A stretch of DNA of 64,000 nt from Eledone cirrhosa (lineage: Eukaryota): assembly GCA_964016885.1 (NCBI GenBank), contig OZ024740.1, positions 242,234,001 to 242,298,000 on the forward strand, given 5' to 3'. The stretch's first letter is position 1. The number at the start of each line of letters is the position of its first letter. Of the stretch, positions 1 through 13,240 are shown piece after piece. Below the pieces are notes generated by a model. The model saw only the letters and a list, made by a program, of their open reading frames with translations. It did no database searches and was not told the origin of the DNA. The position numbers were made by a program, and so were the translations under genes.

Positions 1-2532
1 TGTTAGCTGGGCCCGAGTGGCAGAGGCGAAAAGTGGCAACAAATCCACAATTCGGTCTTTGCAAGACAAAGATGGACGCATTATGTTTGAATCCAAGCAG
101 ATGTGCGCGGCCTTCCAGCAGCATTTTGCACAACTGTTCGTGCAAAGCGGTACATCGAGCGACCCTCGAGCACGGATGCGGAGAGCTGCGAAAGGCCAAT
201 CACAGCGGTCGAAATAGAAGATGCCATAGGCCGCTGCGGGAAACGCAAATCACCCGGTTTAGATGGTCTACCCTATGAGTTTTACATAGGCATGCCAGAC
301 TTGTTCTCTGGCGTCCTCGAAGCGATCTACTGCAACTGGCAGCAGAACGGGAGGATTCCCAGTTCTGTAGGCAGAGGCGTAGTAACGCTGATCAGGAAAG
401 ATGAGAACAAGGGGGATGAGATAAGCAATTTCAGGCCCATAACTCTACTCAACACAGAGTTAAATATGTTGGCCAAGGTGTTAGCAGCAAGGCTGGCGCT
501 TGTCGTTGAGAACCTGGTAGGGGAAGCCCAAACGTGTGCAATCCCGACCAGGTCCATACACGACAACTTCCACCTCATGCGATACATCATAGAGAGGGTA
601 GGGTAAACCTGGCTTTGGTGGGGCTCTGATCAATTTAGATCAGTCTAAGGCATTTGATAGGGTCGACCATCAATACTTGGAAGCAGTTCTCAAGGCGGCC
701 GGCTTCGGTCCCGTCTTCAGAGGCTGGATCGTTGCCATGCACACCAGCATCTGCTCGGCAGTCAAGGTGAATGGCTACCTATCATGCGTTCCATCCGTCA
801 GGGATGCCCTCTCTCCGCCATTCTGTATGTAGTGACTCTCGAGCCGTTACTGCGGAAATTGGAGCTGTTGCAGGGCATCCGATCGAACCAGGTCTGCGGA
901 AAGCAGCGTCAGCCTAAGCCGACGACATAACCGTAATGGTGTCGAAAACCTTGGAAATGAGGGTAATCGGCTACCTATTACAGGAATACGAAACGTTGAC
1001 AGGAGCAGGACAAAACCCAAACAAGTCTGTCGGTTTGCAACTCGTTTGGACGCTGGACCGAAGGACCGGTGAAATTGCTCGGGATCTGGTTCGGTCCAGA
1101 CCTCCAGGTAGATAAGAACTGGAACGAGGTCACGGCGAAGGTGTTCGCACTCACCCAGAAGTGGGCTGAGTGCAAACTCTCCTTGAAAGGTCGAGCGGAG
1201 GAGGCGAACACTTACATAGCGTCCGTCATCTACTACCACTTGACAGTCGTGCCTTGCCCCCGCGAATACCTTACCAAAATGGAACGCCTACTCGTCAAGT
1301 TCCTCTGGAAGAAACAGGCTCTATTGGTGAGGAGATCCATCTGCTGTCAACACCCTTCTAACGGAGGGCTGGGCATGCCGTGGATGATGATGCGCAAACA
1401 TGCGCTGAGACTACGCCATCTCCAGGTATTCCTGACCGGTGAACCGGTGTGGCTGTCGTTTGTGAGACAAGCTCTTCCACAACTCGTCTCACTAACAGAG
1501 CTGCAGTCCTGGGTCAAGCGAAGACCTAAAATGGGTGCCTGGCACCTTGAGTGCCTACAGGCGCTCACAGCCCTCTAACAAGCGGAAACGGCAATCAGCG
1601 GAGACTTACTTCGACATTCTATAGGGGATTAGTGGAGGATAAGTGCGACGACTTTCTCGAGGAAACTCTAGGCATCGAGGTGGACGAACTGACCAGTCTG
1701 TTCGGGAGGACTTTCCGTCCAGGGCCTATGGATAACTTCCAGAGGTCTCTGGCCTGGCAGTGCTACCGAGGAGCTCTACCAGTTCGAGATAAAATCTACA
1801 GGCACGGACGCCCTGGCAGAGATCCTGCCAAAATGACCTGTCCAAGATGCGAGCAGGACATCGAAACCGTTCTGCACGCAATTGTTCAATGCCCAGGGGT
1901 GACCGACCTGTGGAATTATGTCGAACAGCTACTGTCACGTGTGGGACGCATCCAGTTGTCAGCCGAGTCCATTGTGAGGATCACCCCGCCGCCTTCATTT
2001 AAGAACGAAGGAGAGGCGGTTTTCCTCTGCCTGGTGGCTATGGCGAAAGAGGAAATATGGTGGACGAGGTTAAAAGGACTGAGGGCAAACGTCTTTCTCT
2101 CCGGACAACAACTTATCCCCTTCTTTAAGTATCACTTCAGAAGGAAGGTGAGAGTGGAGAGAGAGGTGCTACACCCCAGTAAATTCGCTGAAAGGTGGGT
2201 GAATGGGGCAAAAATGGCCCGAGTGAATGGGCCTTCTCTGTATATAAACCTGTAGGTTGAGGAAGATAAACAGAGGGAAGACAGGAACACCTACAAAACG
2301 TGTTCCTGGTGTTGAGGGTTGTTCTATCCACGGGGTGTAAAACAACCCTGCAGTAACGTTTCCCCCTACTGGGGATTTCAATTGTTATTTTATTATATAT
2401 AGTTTATTGTTATTTATTAATGTTAAAGTTCTTTTTATGTAAAACTCCCGCTGTCACGTCTAGTAATGTCCCATTTTTGTACGCCCCTGTGGCAAATAAA
2501 GAAAGATATCTATCTATCTATCTATCTATCTA
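1..2532 (+). mobile_element. Tx1/L1-clade non-LTR retrotransposon, 3' part (decayed ORF2 RT + C-terminal Cys/His domain, 3' UTR)
   Basis: KSPGLDGLPYEFY and NFRPITLLN (ORF 103-606); INLDQSKAFDRVD ~629-668; RQGCPLS ~796-816; catalytic motif reads A*ADDIT (TAA at 915-917); KLLGIWF and GGLGMP (1069-1578); CPRC..ETVLHAIVQC (1551-2255); AATAAA 2495-2500 then (TATC)n 2507-2532. Several frameshifts. Confidence 0.92.
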
Positions 2533-2923
2533 GTTAGATAGATAGTTAGCTAGCTATCGATATCCTCCTCCCTAATCTCTTCTCTCTCTCACCCTATGCT
2601 ATTTAAAACTGGTGCAAAGCATTTCTCACATGCTTTACTGGCATCTAAGATGTAAGAAAAGTATTTGTACTTTTACTATTGAACTTTAAAAACTAACATA
2701 AGCAGCAAAATATAATTTTAAAACCTACTAATACTTTTGGTACAGAAATAATCGAAACTGGTTTTAGAATACTTAAATTTATATAAAAAACCTTCCATAA
2801 TATCATGAAACCGACCATAATATCATGAAAGAAAAAACATTGCCATGTTTGAAACACTAGCTTAATAATGAGAAAGTCACGATTTTGCATTTAAAGTTTG
2901 TATGTATAAATTGTCAATTACTA

Positions 2924-3275
2924 TGTAGCAGGAGTTGCCTCCCTTGTTGTGACACTCACATCACCAATAGATTAACGCTCTCTAGATAGGAAGTAGAACC
3001 CTTTCTGTAACTTCCGGTCAGACCCTATAAAGGGAATAACTTTAAGCTCCCTATCTCTCATTTACCTTTTCGGCTCCTGGCCTTCGGCCAGGCGTCTTCT
3101 GCTAGGCGCGTTCGCCTGACAACCAAAACGGTAACTAATAACTTTGCTTCATTCTTTCATCTATTCATTGACATGTCAACTATACTGTTCTATATATCCA
3201 CAAATTGTTAATTAAATATTATACACACAAACCACGTCTCCTTGTCATACTTATACAACCCAGTATTTTGTTATA
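2924..3275 (+). mobile_element. Solo LTR (Gypsy-like)
   Basis: Begins TGTAGCA, ends TGTTATA (CA>TA), flanked by 4-bp direct repeat ACTA (2920-2923, 3276-3279); internal CCTATAAA and ATTAAA. Confidence 0.6.
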
Positions 3276-4039
3276 ACTATTTCGTGCACTAAATGGACTT
3301 TGATATGTGAATTTATTCATTTGCTGTGTATTTTAATGTCCATTTATGACGAATCATACAGAAAAATTTCTGTGACGCGAGTGGTGTGTTAATGAGGAGA
3401 GATGTAGCATTGAAACAGAAGAGAAAGGTGTATGTTACATGTGTGAGAAGTGTCATAATTTATGGAGTGGACATGAGGGATGGACATTCATCACCCAGAA
3501 TGAAGTGCAGCAGAGAAGGGTGGAAAGAGCAGAAATGAATAAGGTTTGTAAAACAAACAATGAATTGCATAGGATAATGGGGAAAGGGCCAATGATAAAT
3601 GTCGTGACGAAAAAGGGAATGAGATGGGAGGGTCATATGTAAAAGAAAGATGAAAGTAATTGGGTGAGATAAATGATAGAAATGAATGTGAAGGGAAGTA
3701 GAAAAGGGGAAAACAAAAAATACATATTATTTATATGAAAGGTCCACCAAATCTCAGACTCTCCAAGATCTAAATTCGGCCCCAAATTCGTTGTTTGTCG
3801 AACTGTAGAGTTCCTCAATTACCCATAAGTATTCAGCGCTCAGTACCAAAAACAATGAAATCCTTACTTAATTGTTAAGTAACTTGTATACTATGTGACT
3901 CGTTTTCTCATTTCCATGTGCCCCTTCCCATTAATCTTGTAACTTATTCGTGTAATGTCTTCTTGATCTTATGCTGTCGTGGCCAATAAAAGGCATCATT
4001 ATTAAGCACCAGTAATGCACTGGAGTAAATGGTGGTCTT

Positions 4040-4230
4040 GTGGATTGGCAGTATCGGTAGAGGGTCAGACGCCATGCTTTCCAGCATAGTTACGTCCCTT
4101 TACAATCTGAGTTCAAATCCCGCCGAGGTTGACTTTGCCTTTCATCCTTACGGGGTCGATAAAATAAAGTACCAGTAATGCACTAGGTAATTGCTGGCCT
4201 TGTGCCTAAAGTAGAAACAATTATTATTAT
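4040..4230 (+). mobile_element. tRNA-derived SINE (Meta-domain-like family)
   Basis: GGATTGGCAGTATCGGTAGAG head, B-box GAGTTCAAATCCC, core GCCTTTCATCCTTACGGGGTCGATAAAATAAAGTACC, AGAAACA(ATT)n tail; many copies in the window. Confidence 0.88.
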
Positions 4231-4319
4231 GATAACCCCTGTTTTGCCTTTATCGATCTTCCCTTCGCTATGTAAATCCTTTTTAGTGCTGCTTTTCGTT
4301 CATATACTGTCCCCAACGT

Positions 4320-4497
4320 GGAGCGTCGGATAAAATGCCATTGCACTATTTGTTCCGAGTTCAAATTCAAGCGTGACTAACTCTGCTCATCATCAATCCA
4401 GGGTTGATAAAATAAAGGACCAATCAAGTGCTGGGGTTGATTTAATCAATTATGCCCTTACTCCAAATTTGCTGGCATTGTGCCTGAATTAGAAATA
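4320..4497 (+). mobile_element. Older, diverged SINE copy
   Basis: GAGTTCAAATTC, GGGTTGATAAAATAAAGGACC, TTGCTGGCATTGTGCC..AGAAA. Confidence 0.65.
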
Positions 4498-4507
4498 TAT
4501 ATACATG

Positions 4508-4574
<67 letters not shown>

Positions 4575-4662
4575 ATTTACATATACATAGTCATAGATAT
4601 ATATGTGGCAACCGGTCACGTTGTGGCTCAATGAAGAATTAATAAATTAAATAATCAGAGCA

Positions 4663-5232
4663 ATATATCATAAATCATGTCCTTAGAATTATTAGATAAA
4701 ATATATACCATTTCCTCTCCCAATTAGCATAATTAACCATATAAAAAATCAATTAGACCAGGCTATAAGAATAAAGGCTCCTATGAAGAAATATTTGATA
4801 AATAACCTTCGCGGTGACCTCAATAGAGTATTTACCCAACATTTCAACAGCATGTAGAAACTGACTAAATATACCGTCAACCATACACAATTAGGTGTAA
4901 ATTTAAACTCAGAAGAAACGTGTACATACCGTAATTACATCTCAATAATTACGTAATTACGGTATGTACACGTTTCTTCTAAGTTTAAATTTACACCTAA
5001 TTGTGTATGGTTGACGGTATATTTAGTCAGTTTCTACATGCTGTTGAAATGTTGAGTAAATACTCTATTGAGGTCACCGCGAAGAGGCCGCTTTCGGTTA
5101 TTTATCAAATATTTCTTCATAGGAGCCTTGATTCTTATAGCCTGGTCTAATTGATGTTTTATATGGTTAATTATGCTAATTGGGAGAGGAAATGGTATAT
5201 ATTTTATCTAATAATTCTAAGGAAATGATTTA

Positions 5233-5240
<8 letters not shown>
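4663..5240. repeat. Near-perfect ~280-bp-arm foldback between (TA)n tracts
   Basis: 4663-4938 is the reverse complement of ~4954-5240; the right arm has an extra ~12 nt at ~5085-5096. Confidence 0.9.
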
Positions 5241-5298
<58 letters not shown>

Positions 5299-5573
5299 CA
5301 AGGATCGGAATTAGAGTATTCCGAAGTTCACAGTAATAATAATATTAGCTCAAAGAAGAACAGAGAATTTTCAACTGAGCTCAAATACAAATATATTACA
5401 CAGAGAGAAGTGTGTTACACAGTGAGATGTGTGTTAAGAATGTGTAACACACTTCTCTCTGTGTAATATATTCGTATATGAGCTCAGTTGAAAATTCTCT
5501 GTTCTTCTTTGAGCTAATATTATGATTACTGTGAACTGCGGAATACTCTAATTCCGATCCTTGTATAATTAAC

Positions 5574-5738
5574 TGTTTCTACTTTTGGCACCAGTGCATT
5601 ACTGGTACTTTATTTTATCGACCCCGTAAGGATGAAAGGCAAAGTTAACCTCGGCGGGATTTGAACTCAGATCATAAAGGGAGGTAACTCTATGCTTCAA
5701 AGCATGGCGCCCGACCCTCTACCGATACTGCCAATCCA
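5574..5738 (-). mobile_element. tRNA-derived SINE with 20-bp TSD
   Basis: Reverse-strand SINE; CCGATCCTTGTATAATTAAC at 5554-5573 and 5739-5758. Confidence 0.9.
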
Positions 5739-5942
5739 CCGATCCTTGTATAATTAACGAGCTCCAAATTGTTGAGCTAATAAATTCGAATGGTTGGGCT
5801 GCCCTCTCTAGCATCCTCCCCAATTCATGAGAACAGATATTTGATGCAAATAATATGTGTTTTCGCCCTGCTCTGGGCAGCGTGTTTATTTGCGTTCTCT
5901 CTTTCCATTAGGCTAGATGTGTAGCTAACAATTCCACATTTT

Positions 5943-6010
5943 CTGACTGAGGACCCTGTGGACTTTTACACTACACATTTCAGTAGCGAAACGAAATAGA
6001 TTCGTATCAG
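5943..6010 (+). ncRNA. Type I hammerhead ribozyme (stem II degenerate)
   Basis: ctga-CTGAGGA-...-GAAAC-gaa ataga ttc-GTA-tcag; stem I ctga/tcag, stem III ACGAA/TTCGT. Confidence 0.6.
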
Positions 6011-6193
6011 CAAGCTTATAGTTATTAGGTTGGTAATTTAAAACTCTACTTCGGAGATTTGATTCTGATTTAGTGTTCTATCTATTTAATTGCCAACCCG
6101 TAGGTGTTGTTTTCCATACAGTAACGGTTAAACTCACATGTAATAATTCTTTACACACATCTCACTGTGTAACACACTTCTCTCTGTGTAATA

Positions 6194-6275
<82 letters not shown>

Positions 6276-6278
6276 TAT

Positions 6279-7373
6279 GACATATGTTTCTGTAACAGAC
6301 GGAATACCCATGTATCGCTGCTTGCGTAATCATATAATGTTAGCAAGTATTCGATAGCAAATGTATAATCAGTTGTCACTTCTTCAGAGATATTGGATAA
6401 ATTGGAAAAAATCAGAAAAATTGAAGTTGTAAGAAAGGAAGAAGAGAGGGGATAGTATATGACAGATAGCAATTCAATTTACTTGTAAACAAGTATATAA
6501 CAGGTTTTTAATGAGAATACAATGAGTATATGGCTTATTTTATCTAAATAAGAATATTTGGGAGTGCCTATTTTAATCTATATTTGACCAATTGAACAAT
6601 GGACATGGCTGGTCGTTTGGTGTAGTAGTATTAATACAGGTATAATGTGTCAAGTAAGGAAGAGGGAGGTTTTCACTGCTACTGTATAACAACAATGCTG
6701 GTAGCCTGCTGGTATATGCATTAGGGAATTGAATTAAGAAATCTCATTTTATCTATAGCAGTTTATATTAAATGGTAAAGAATAGAAGAGTTGATAGAAT
6801 TAAAACTAATAGAGAATGTTAATATGTATTTTGACAATCAAACGGAGATGGAGACCGGCGTTCAATCCTGGTAGCGTTTGTAATATGAAAATGTAGATTT
6901 CAAGCGATGGTTACAGTATAACGATCGCTCTATTCTGTTATTTGATAAATTATTTTTGGATTTCATAATACAAAATAATTCCATATTACACAATTTACAA
7001 AATTCCTGCCCTTGGAATTATGCAGGGGCAGCTGCTATTATATCCCATTTTAGGTTAAATTGTTGGTTATTTTCGCTTTTCTGATTTTTTCCAATTTATC
7101 CAATATCTCTGAAGAAGTGACAACTGATTATACATTTGCTATCGAATACTTGCTAACATTATATGATTACGCAAGCAGCGATACATAGGTATTCTGTCTG
7201 TTACAGAAACATATGTCAATACCTAATAAATTCCTTTATGAAGGCACTTTCATTTTATATTCATCTTTTCTACATTTTCTCCGGAATATAATTTATACTC
7301 GTTGAGCAAACCTACACGTACGCTGTTCATCTCTAACGTGACGATATATTATCACCACATTATTGATAACTTG

Positions 7374-7380
<7 letters not shown>
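6279..7380. mobile_element. Non-coding Penelope-type element with inverted hammerhead-bearing termini
   Basis: 6279-6419 is the reverse complement of 7077-7217; bounded by (TA)n/(CA)n; no intact ORF. Confidence 0.65.
7104..7221 (+). ncRNA. Type I hammerhead ribozyme, long stem II (inverted copy at 6279-6392, minus strand)
   Basis: CTGAAGA 7109-7115, stem II gtgaca/tgttac, GAAAC-atat-GTC 7206-7217 (palindromic ACATATGT); stem I imperfect. Confidence 0.6.
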
Positions 7381-7449
<69 letters not shown>

Positions 7450-7485
7450 TATATAGTTATGTAATAAACAACATAAGATAATTAT

Positions 7486-7543
7486 TTCATTTACCAGTGG
7501 TTTCTTGAAAGCAGATATATCTGTTTTCAGTCGTCAGAATGAA
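7486..7543 (-). ncRNA. Type I hammerhead ribozyme in the Penelope pLTR
   Basis: Minus strand: ttcatt-CTGACGA-c tgaaaacagata tatctgctttca a-GAAAC-cactg-GTA-aatgaa; all three stems pair. Confidence 0.88.
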
Positions 7544-8446
7544 TAAAACATGGCATTTTTATTAAATATGGATTTGTAAACAAAATATAAGAAATATGAA
7601 AGTGAAGAAGAGAAAAAGAGAAAACGAGCGGAGAAGAGAAAAAGAATACATATATATATAAAAACAATAAATATATAAACATACACACGCATATACTTAA
7701 AAAGTACATAGACGTATACATTATCACATAAGCGTATATGTATCTTCAGACATGGACAAAATACATATACATACACATACATGAAGTAATAATAATAAAT
7801 AAATAAATAAATAAATGAATAAGAACAAAAAATATTAAGTCAAAAATAAAAATAAAAACAGAGGATACGTGTTGATAACGATAAGTGAGAGGAGGGGGAA
7901 ATAGAAACAATTAAAAATAAACAAATACACGAGGTGCGCATATACATAAATATATATATATGAAATACGTCCCTTCACGCACAAGGCTCCAAGGTACGCG
8001 TGTATTGTCCAACCAAGTGCCAATGTGGTTCAATGGCGGGTTAATAAATATATATATATATATATAAAATATATATATACATATATATATAAATATATGT
8101 ATACACACACATACATACACATGCGCACACACACAAAACATGCACAAATACTCATACACACGTGTACACATGCGTGCGCGCACTCGCACGTAATAAGAAA
8201 TCAACATACGCATACAAAACCATACGCAAGACTATACAGACAAAATCAAAAGCATATATACAACCGCATACACGCAACTATATACGTAAACAGATACATA
8301 GAACGATATATAAGTAATATAAACATAAATAAACTCACACACATAAATATATATACATACAAACACATACACATATATATACATATATAGACACACATAC
8401 AAATACATACACACGCATTTATATATATATATATATATATATTTAA

Positions 8447-8629
8447 TGCGGGATTGGCAGTATCGGTAGAGAGTCGGACGCCATGCTTTGACGCATAGTT
8501 ACGGCCCTTGCCATTCTAAGTTCAAATCCCGCCGAGGTTTAACTTTACCTTATGGGGTCGATAAAATAAAGTACCAGTAATGCACTGGGTAATTGCTGGC
8601 CTTGTGCCAAAAGTAGAAACAATTATTAT

Positions 8630-8630
<1 letters not shown>
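8447..8630 (+). mobile_element. tRNA-derived SINE
   Basis: Same head, core and tail as the 4040 copy; lies inside the Penelope 3' region. Confidence 0.88.
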
Positions 8631-8703
<73 letters not shown>

Positions 8704-11700
8704 CACGCACATATACACACATACACACATATACACGCGTACAAATAAATAATCCAAATACTATAAATGTATGTTCACATCAGCCTGTCTGCAAATGCGT
8801 CCGCACACGGCCCTATGTGAGAACATAAAAACCTAGTGGGTAAGTAAGGACAAAAGGGGAGTAAACTTGAAATAATAAACACAATTATTAAGAATAGGTA
8901 AGGGAAAAATGTTGTAAAAGGTTTGCAATGAGATCTAGATAAGAGTATCTGGTTAAAGAGTGAACTGAGTAAAGGATAAAGGTGGTAGGTGTGTAAAGGG
9001 TAAGGTAGAAAGTAGGGGGGATTATAAGTCAACTGAAAAACATTTTAAATAATAGGAAAAAAATAATAAATATAAAGAGATATAGAAGGAGATGAGGGAT
9101 AAAAAGTATATATGGGTAAGAAGTATGAGTTCATAGGATAATAATATTCCGCGTGGGTGGAAGGTGTAATGAATAAAGAAGAAGCTCAAGGTGTGAATCC
9201 AGTTAAAAAGTAGATGCGATTTCAGATGTGGACAACATCTGAAGATCTCGGTCTTGGAGTTGAGGCAAGTGGAAGGGGCTTTCAAGTTTTGGAGAATTCT
9301 AAATTTTTCCGTGGTGCACAAAGAACATTTCTTCGTGCCCCTTTGGTATTCTCTTGAATGGTCTAAAATAGAGCAATCAATAGTGTACGGAATGTGTTTG
9401 TCTTTGAATTCCCACACTTTATTTGCAAGTGCAGTTGCTGTTTTTTTTCAGGGTGTTTAAAAGAAGGGACATGTGCATAATACCTGGTTTTGTATCTATC
9501 CTGAGTTATGCCAACATATCGTTCACTCCTGGCTGGCTGGTTATTAATCATCGGTGTCAATTTGGCCTCATACACAATGGATTTGGTATTACATTTACCC
9601 TGTAATGGGAATTTTTCCGGCTTCCTGCAACTGCATCCTGGATTTACTCTCGTACGATTAGAGTTGGTAATTTTAGTCTTCATTGATGGACAACAAGAGT
9701 AACTTATTTTGACTACATTTCTATTAAATATCTTATTATATCTATGATTAGGAGGAAAATGTTTGTCTAGGAGGTTCTTCCTACATTATTTTTGACACTT
9801 AGAGAGAAGGAGGGGTGTAAACCAAATAATTTTTCTTTTCCTGTTATTGTGTTTAGTTTTAGAGGGAGGAGTAGGTAAATATTTAATATGTTCTGTGAAG
9901 CCGTTGTTACTGAGGGCCTTATTATAATAAGGGGCGGCTTTGTTAAAAATGTCTAGAGACGAAGATAAAGTAGAAATCCTACGGCTAATGTTAGGAATAT
10001 GATTTTTAAAGACTATAGGGTGATGGCAAGACTCTTTGTGTATATATCTTAAATTCTCATTAGGTTTCTGATAAGGTTTAAAAGAGGCATTAAGTAGATC
10101 AAGATTAATATCAAGAAAGTTAGTATTAGTAAGATTCGTATCTATAGTAATTTTAAGGTTTAGATTAGCAAAGGTATTGATTAAATCTTTACGGAATTTA
10201 TCAAGGTTATGGCCGTTGGTGGTATGGAAAACTGCCAAATCGTCGTCTCGGTATAAACCGATATTATGGCAAGGAAATTTCTCTTTAAGGGTGTGGAGGA
10301 GGAATAATCCTACTAAGTTGCACACATCATATGAGCCCATCGCAACATCAAAAGAGTTTTCAGGGCTTGACTTTTTAACCAAAATACTTTCATTAGCAAA
10401 GAGTAGTGTTTTCCTAGCATGAAAGATAACGTCTTCTTCTAATTTAGAAATATTAATGAAAGGTTTTGCAACATCTAAGGCTTTTGTTAATAAGGATTCA
10501 GTGATAGAGGGGTAAAAATCAACAATATCAAATTGGGTAAATCTACGCTTATTTTTTCCTTGTATATTATTAAACTAAGAAATAACAGAGGATCTATTTA
10601 ACCATTGTGATAAGTCAATCTTAGTTCTTATTTGGAGTAATATTTTTCTTAAGATTTTTTTACTTGCAAGGCCAGCTTCAGATTTAGCAGGGTTAATTAG
10701 TCTACAGCTAGGTCGATTAGTAAAGTCTGATTTATGGTCTTTAAGGCTAATATATCCTTTACGTTTAGCTAGGCTTTCAATCCGGTTGTATATTTTTAAA
10801 ATACTAGCTAGGTCTTTAGCTTCATTATTAATGGTAAAGTTTAAAATACTCATCCCTCAATTTGGAAAAACACAAATGCTCTGTTTAATCTTGAAAAGAC
10901 TATTTCACGAAACTTTCAGTGGGGATGGTCACGGTTGCATCCGATCATCAGCAGAGCTCAACACGATAGTCAAATTCTCACTGATTATAATATGCCAAAA
11001 AGGGAATTTAAAAGCAGGCTAGTTCAACATCATGCGTAAATTATGAAAATAAAACGCACATGTGGAAACAGAGCAGGTGACGTCAGAATGAGACGAATGT
11101 TTGTTTACATGAAACATTTATATATATAAATGCGTGTGTATGTATTTGTATGTATGTGCATATATATATTTGTGTATGTGTTTGTATGTATATATATTTA
11201 TGTGTGTGAGTTTATTTATGTTTATATTATACTTATATATGGTTCTATGTTTGTGTTTACGTATATAGTTGTGTGTATGCGGTTGTATATATGCTTTTGT
11301 TTTTGTCTGTATAGTCTTACGTATGGTTTTGTATGCGTGTGTTGATTTCTTATTACGTGCGAGTGCGCGCACGCATGTGTATACGTTTGTACGTAGATTT
11401 TGTACCAATGCTCTTTTTTGTAGGGTTTATGTGTGTGTTAGTATATTTGGTTGTATGCATGTTTTTATATACGTGTGTATGCGTGTGTATGTGTATGTGT
11501 ATATGTATATTTGCAGGTATGTGGATGTGTACGTGTCTTTATTTTATATTTTATATTTTTATATTTTTGTGTATATATATATATGTGTATATATATATAT
11601 ATGTATATACATATACATTTGTGTGTGCTTTTATACTTGTGTATGAGTATTTGTGCATGTTTGTGTGTGTGTGTGCGTGTGTATGTATGTATGTGTGTAT

Positions 11701-12159
11701 ACATATATATATATATACTTGTATATATATATTTTATATATATATATATTTATGTATATGCGCACCTTGTGTATTTGTTTATTTTTAATTGTTTCTATTT
11801 CCCCCTCCTCTCACTTATCGTTGTCAACACGTATCCTTTGTTTTTATTTTTTTATTTTTGACTTAATATTTTTTGTTCTTATTTATTTATTTATTTATTC
11901 TTATTACTTCATCTATATGTATGTGTATGTATTTTGTCCATGTCTGTAGATACATATACGCTTATGTGATAATATATACGTCTACGTACTTTTTAACTAT
12001 ATGCGCGTGGTAGAGTGTGTGTATGTTTATATATTTATTGTTTTATATATATATGTATTCTTTTTCTCTTCTTCTTCGCCCGTTGTTTCCTGAGCCTCAC
12101 TTTCATATTTCTTATATTCTGTTTTCAAATCCATATTTAATAAAAACACCATGTTTTAG

Positions 12160-12215
12160 TCATTCTGACGACTGAAAACAAATATATCTGCTTTCAAGAA
12201 ACCACTGGTAAATGA
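12160..12215 (+). ncRNA. Type I hammerhead ribozyme in the inverted Penelope pLTR
   Basis: tcatt-CTGACGA(12165-12171)-ctgaaa..tttcaa-GAAAC-cactg-GTA(12208-12210)-aatga. Confidence 0.85.
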
Positions 12216-12525
12216 AATAATTATCTTATGTTGTTTATTACATAACTAATAAGCTCTGTAGCCTACATAGAGCACTATTTTTTCCTGTATCTTTCCGACG
12301 GAATTACTTCACTTATATATATATATATTAACCTGATTAGTTTTTTCGTTGTTTTGGTATTGTATGGTTGGGTTTTGCCTGCCTCAATTTTCAATTTGTC
12401 AAGCTATCTAAACGTAATGTTATTACTCTGAGAATCTACCCTTATTGAGTGCTTCGCTACTCATTCCTAATTGTAGGTCGACTTTGCTTGGCCACAGCCA
12501 AAGTTTCGATTTTACTAAGCTTCCA

Positions 12526-12558
<33 letters not shown>

Positions 12559-12607
12559 CTTCAAAATATCAATAAATATAGACATTCATGTGATCAAATA
12601 TATTTTA

Positions 12608-12662
12608 TTATACATATTTCAGAGGTACTGAGCTATTTCAACAGTACGTTCTCATCAGATAA
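12608..12662 (-). ncRNA. Hammerhead ribozyme candidate (variant core)
   Basis: Minus strand: tta-t-CTGATGA-gaac gtactg..cagtac ctct-GAAAT-at-GTA-taa. Confidence 0.5.
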
Positions 12663-13240
12663 AATAAGTTGATGCCTGACATACCTTGACTATGTTGATG
12701 GTTATTAGTTATGACATGGTTATTAGTGATTAGTTATGACAAAGCTCAATATTTATATACCTTAAGTTGAAACATGAAAAATTACATATAATACAGAGGG
12801 TGCGTATGAGAATGTGGAACTTTATTCATTGATGAATTCATTGAACCTTGTTAATCTTTTAATTATATATATATATTTCGTTTCTGAAATATATATATAT
12901 ATATATATATAATTATATTTATATACACACAGAAAAGACGCAATGTTTAGACAAATCACAGAGGCAATAAACATAAATGAACTCCAACCAAAATTAAATA
13001 GAAAACATGAATGGAATAGCAACATCACAACTTACAATTAATGACAAAATGAAAACACACACACACATAGAACAAACAACCAACCAGTAACATGTAAATA
13101 AACAAATAAATAAACAAATATAAACACACACAGACACCCGGATGTAACACATACGCAAACTAAGCACACAACACACACAAAAACAAGATGGTGTAGGACA
13201 GAACAAAGGAGAGGCACAAAAACAAAGAAAAGAATCCCCA

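Larger units (their letters stand above)
5294..6196 (+). mobile_element. Non-coding Penelope-type element (inverted 5' segment, terminal direct repeat, hammerhead), interrupted by a SINE
   Basis: 5294-5420 inverted versus 5442-5568; TGTGTAACACACTTCTCTCTGTGTAATATATT at ~5441 and ~6166; hammerhead core at 5947; bounded by (TA)n. Confidence 0.6.
7456..12315 (-). mobile_element. Penelope-like retroelement (RT + C-terminal GIY-YIG), decayed, with inverted pseudo-LTRs
   Basis: Minus-strand ORF pieces 10853-9022: PSCRLINPAKSE, VAMGSYDVCNLVGLFLL, IGLYRDDDL, TNFLDINLDL, KIIWF; CSCR..PLQGKC..SIVYEA..RYVGIT..RYYAH; CSLCTTEK. 7456-8420 and 11118-12248 are inverted copies of each other. Confidence 0.93.

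Noticed and set aside
4780-5100. Hammerhead in the large palindrome (TTGATAA..GAAAG, GAAACGTGTA)
   Set aside because: Could not build consistent stems I and II.
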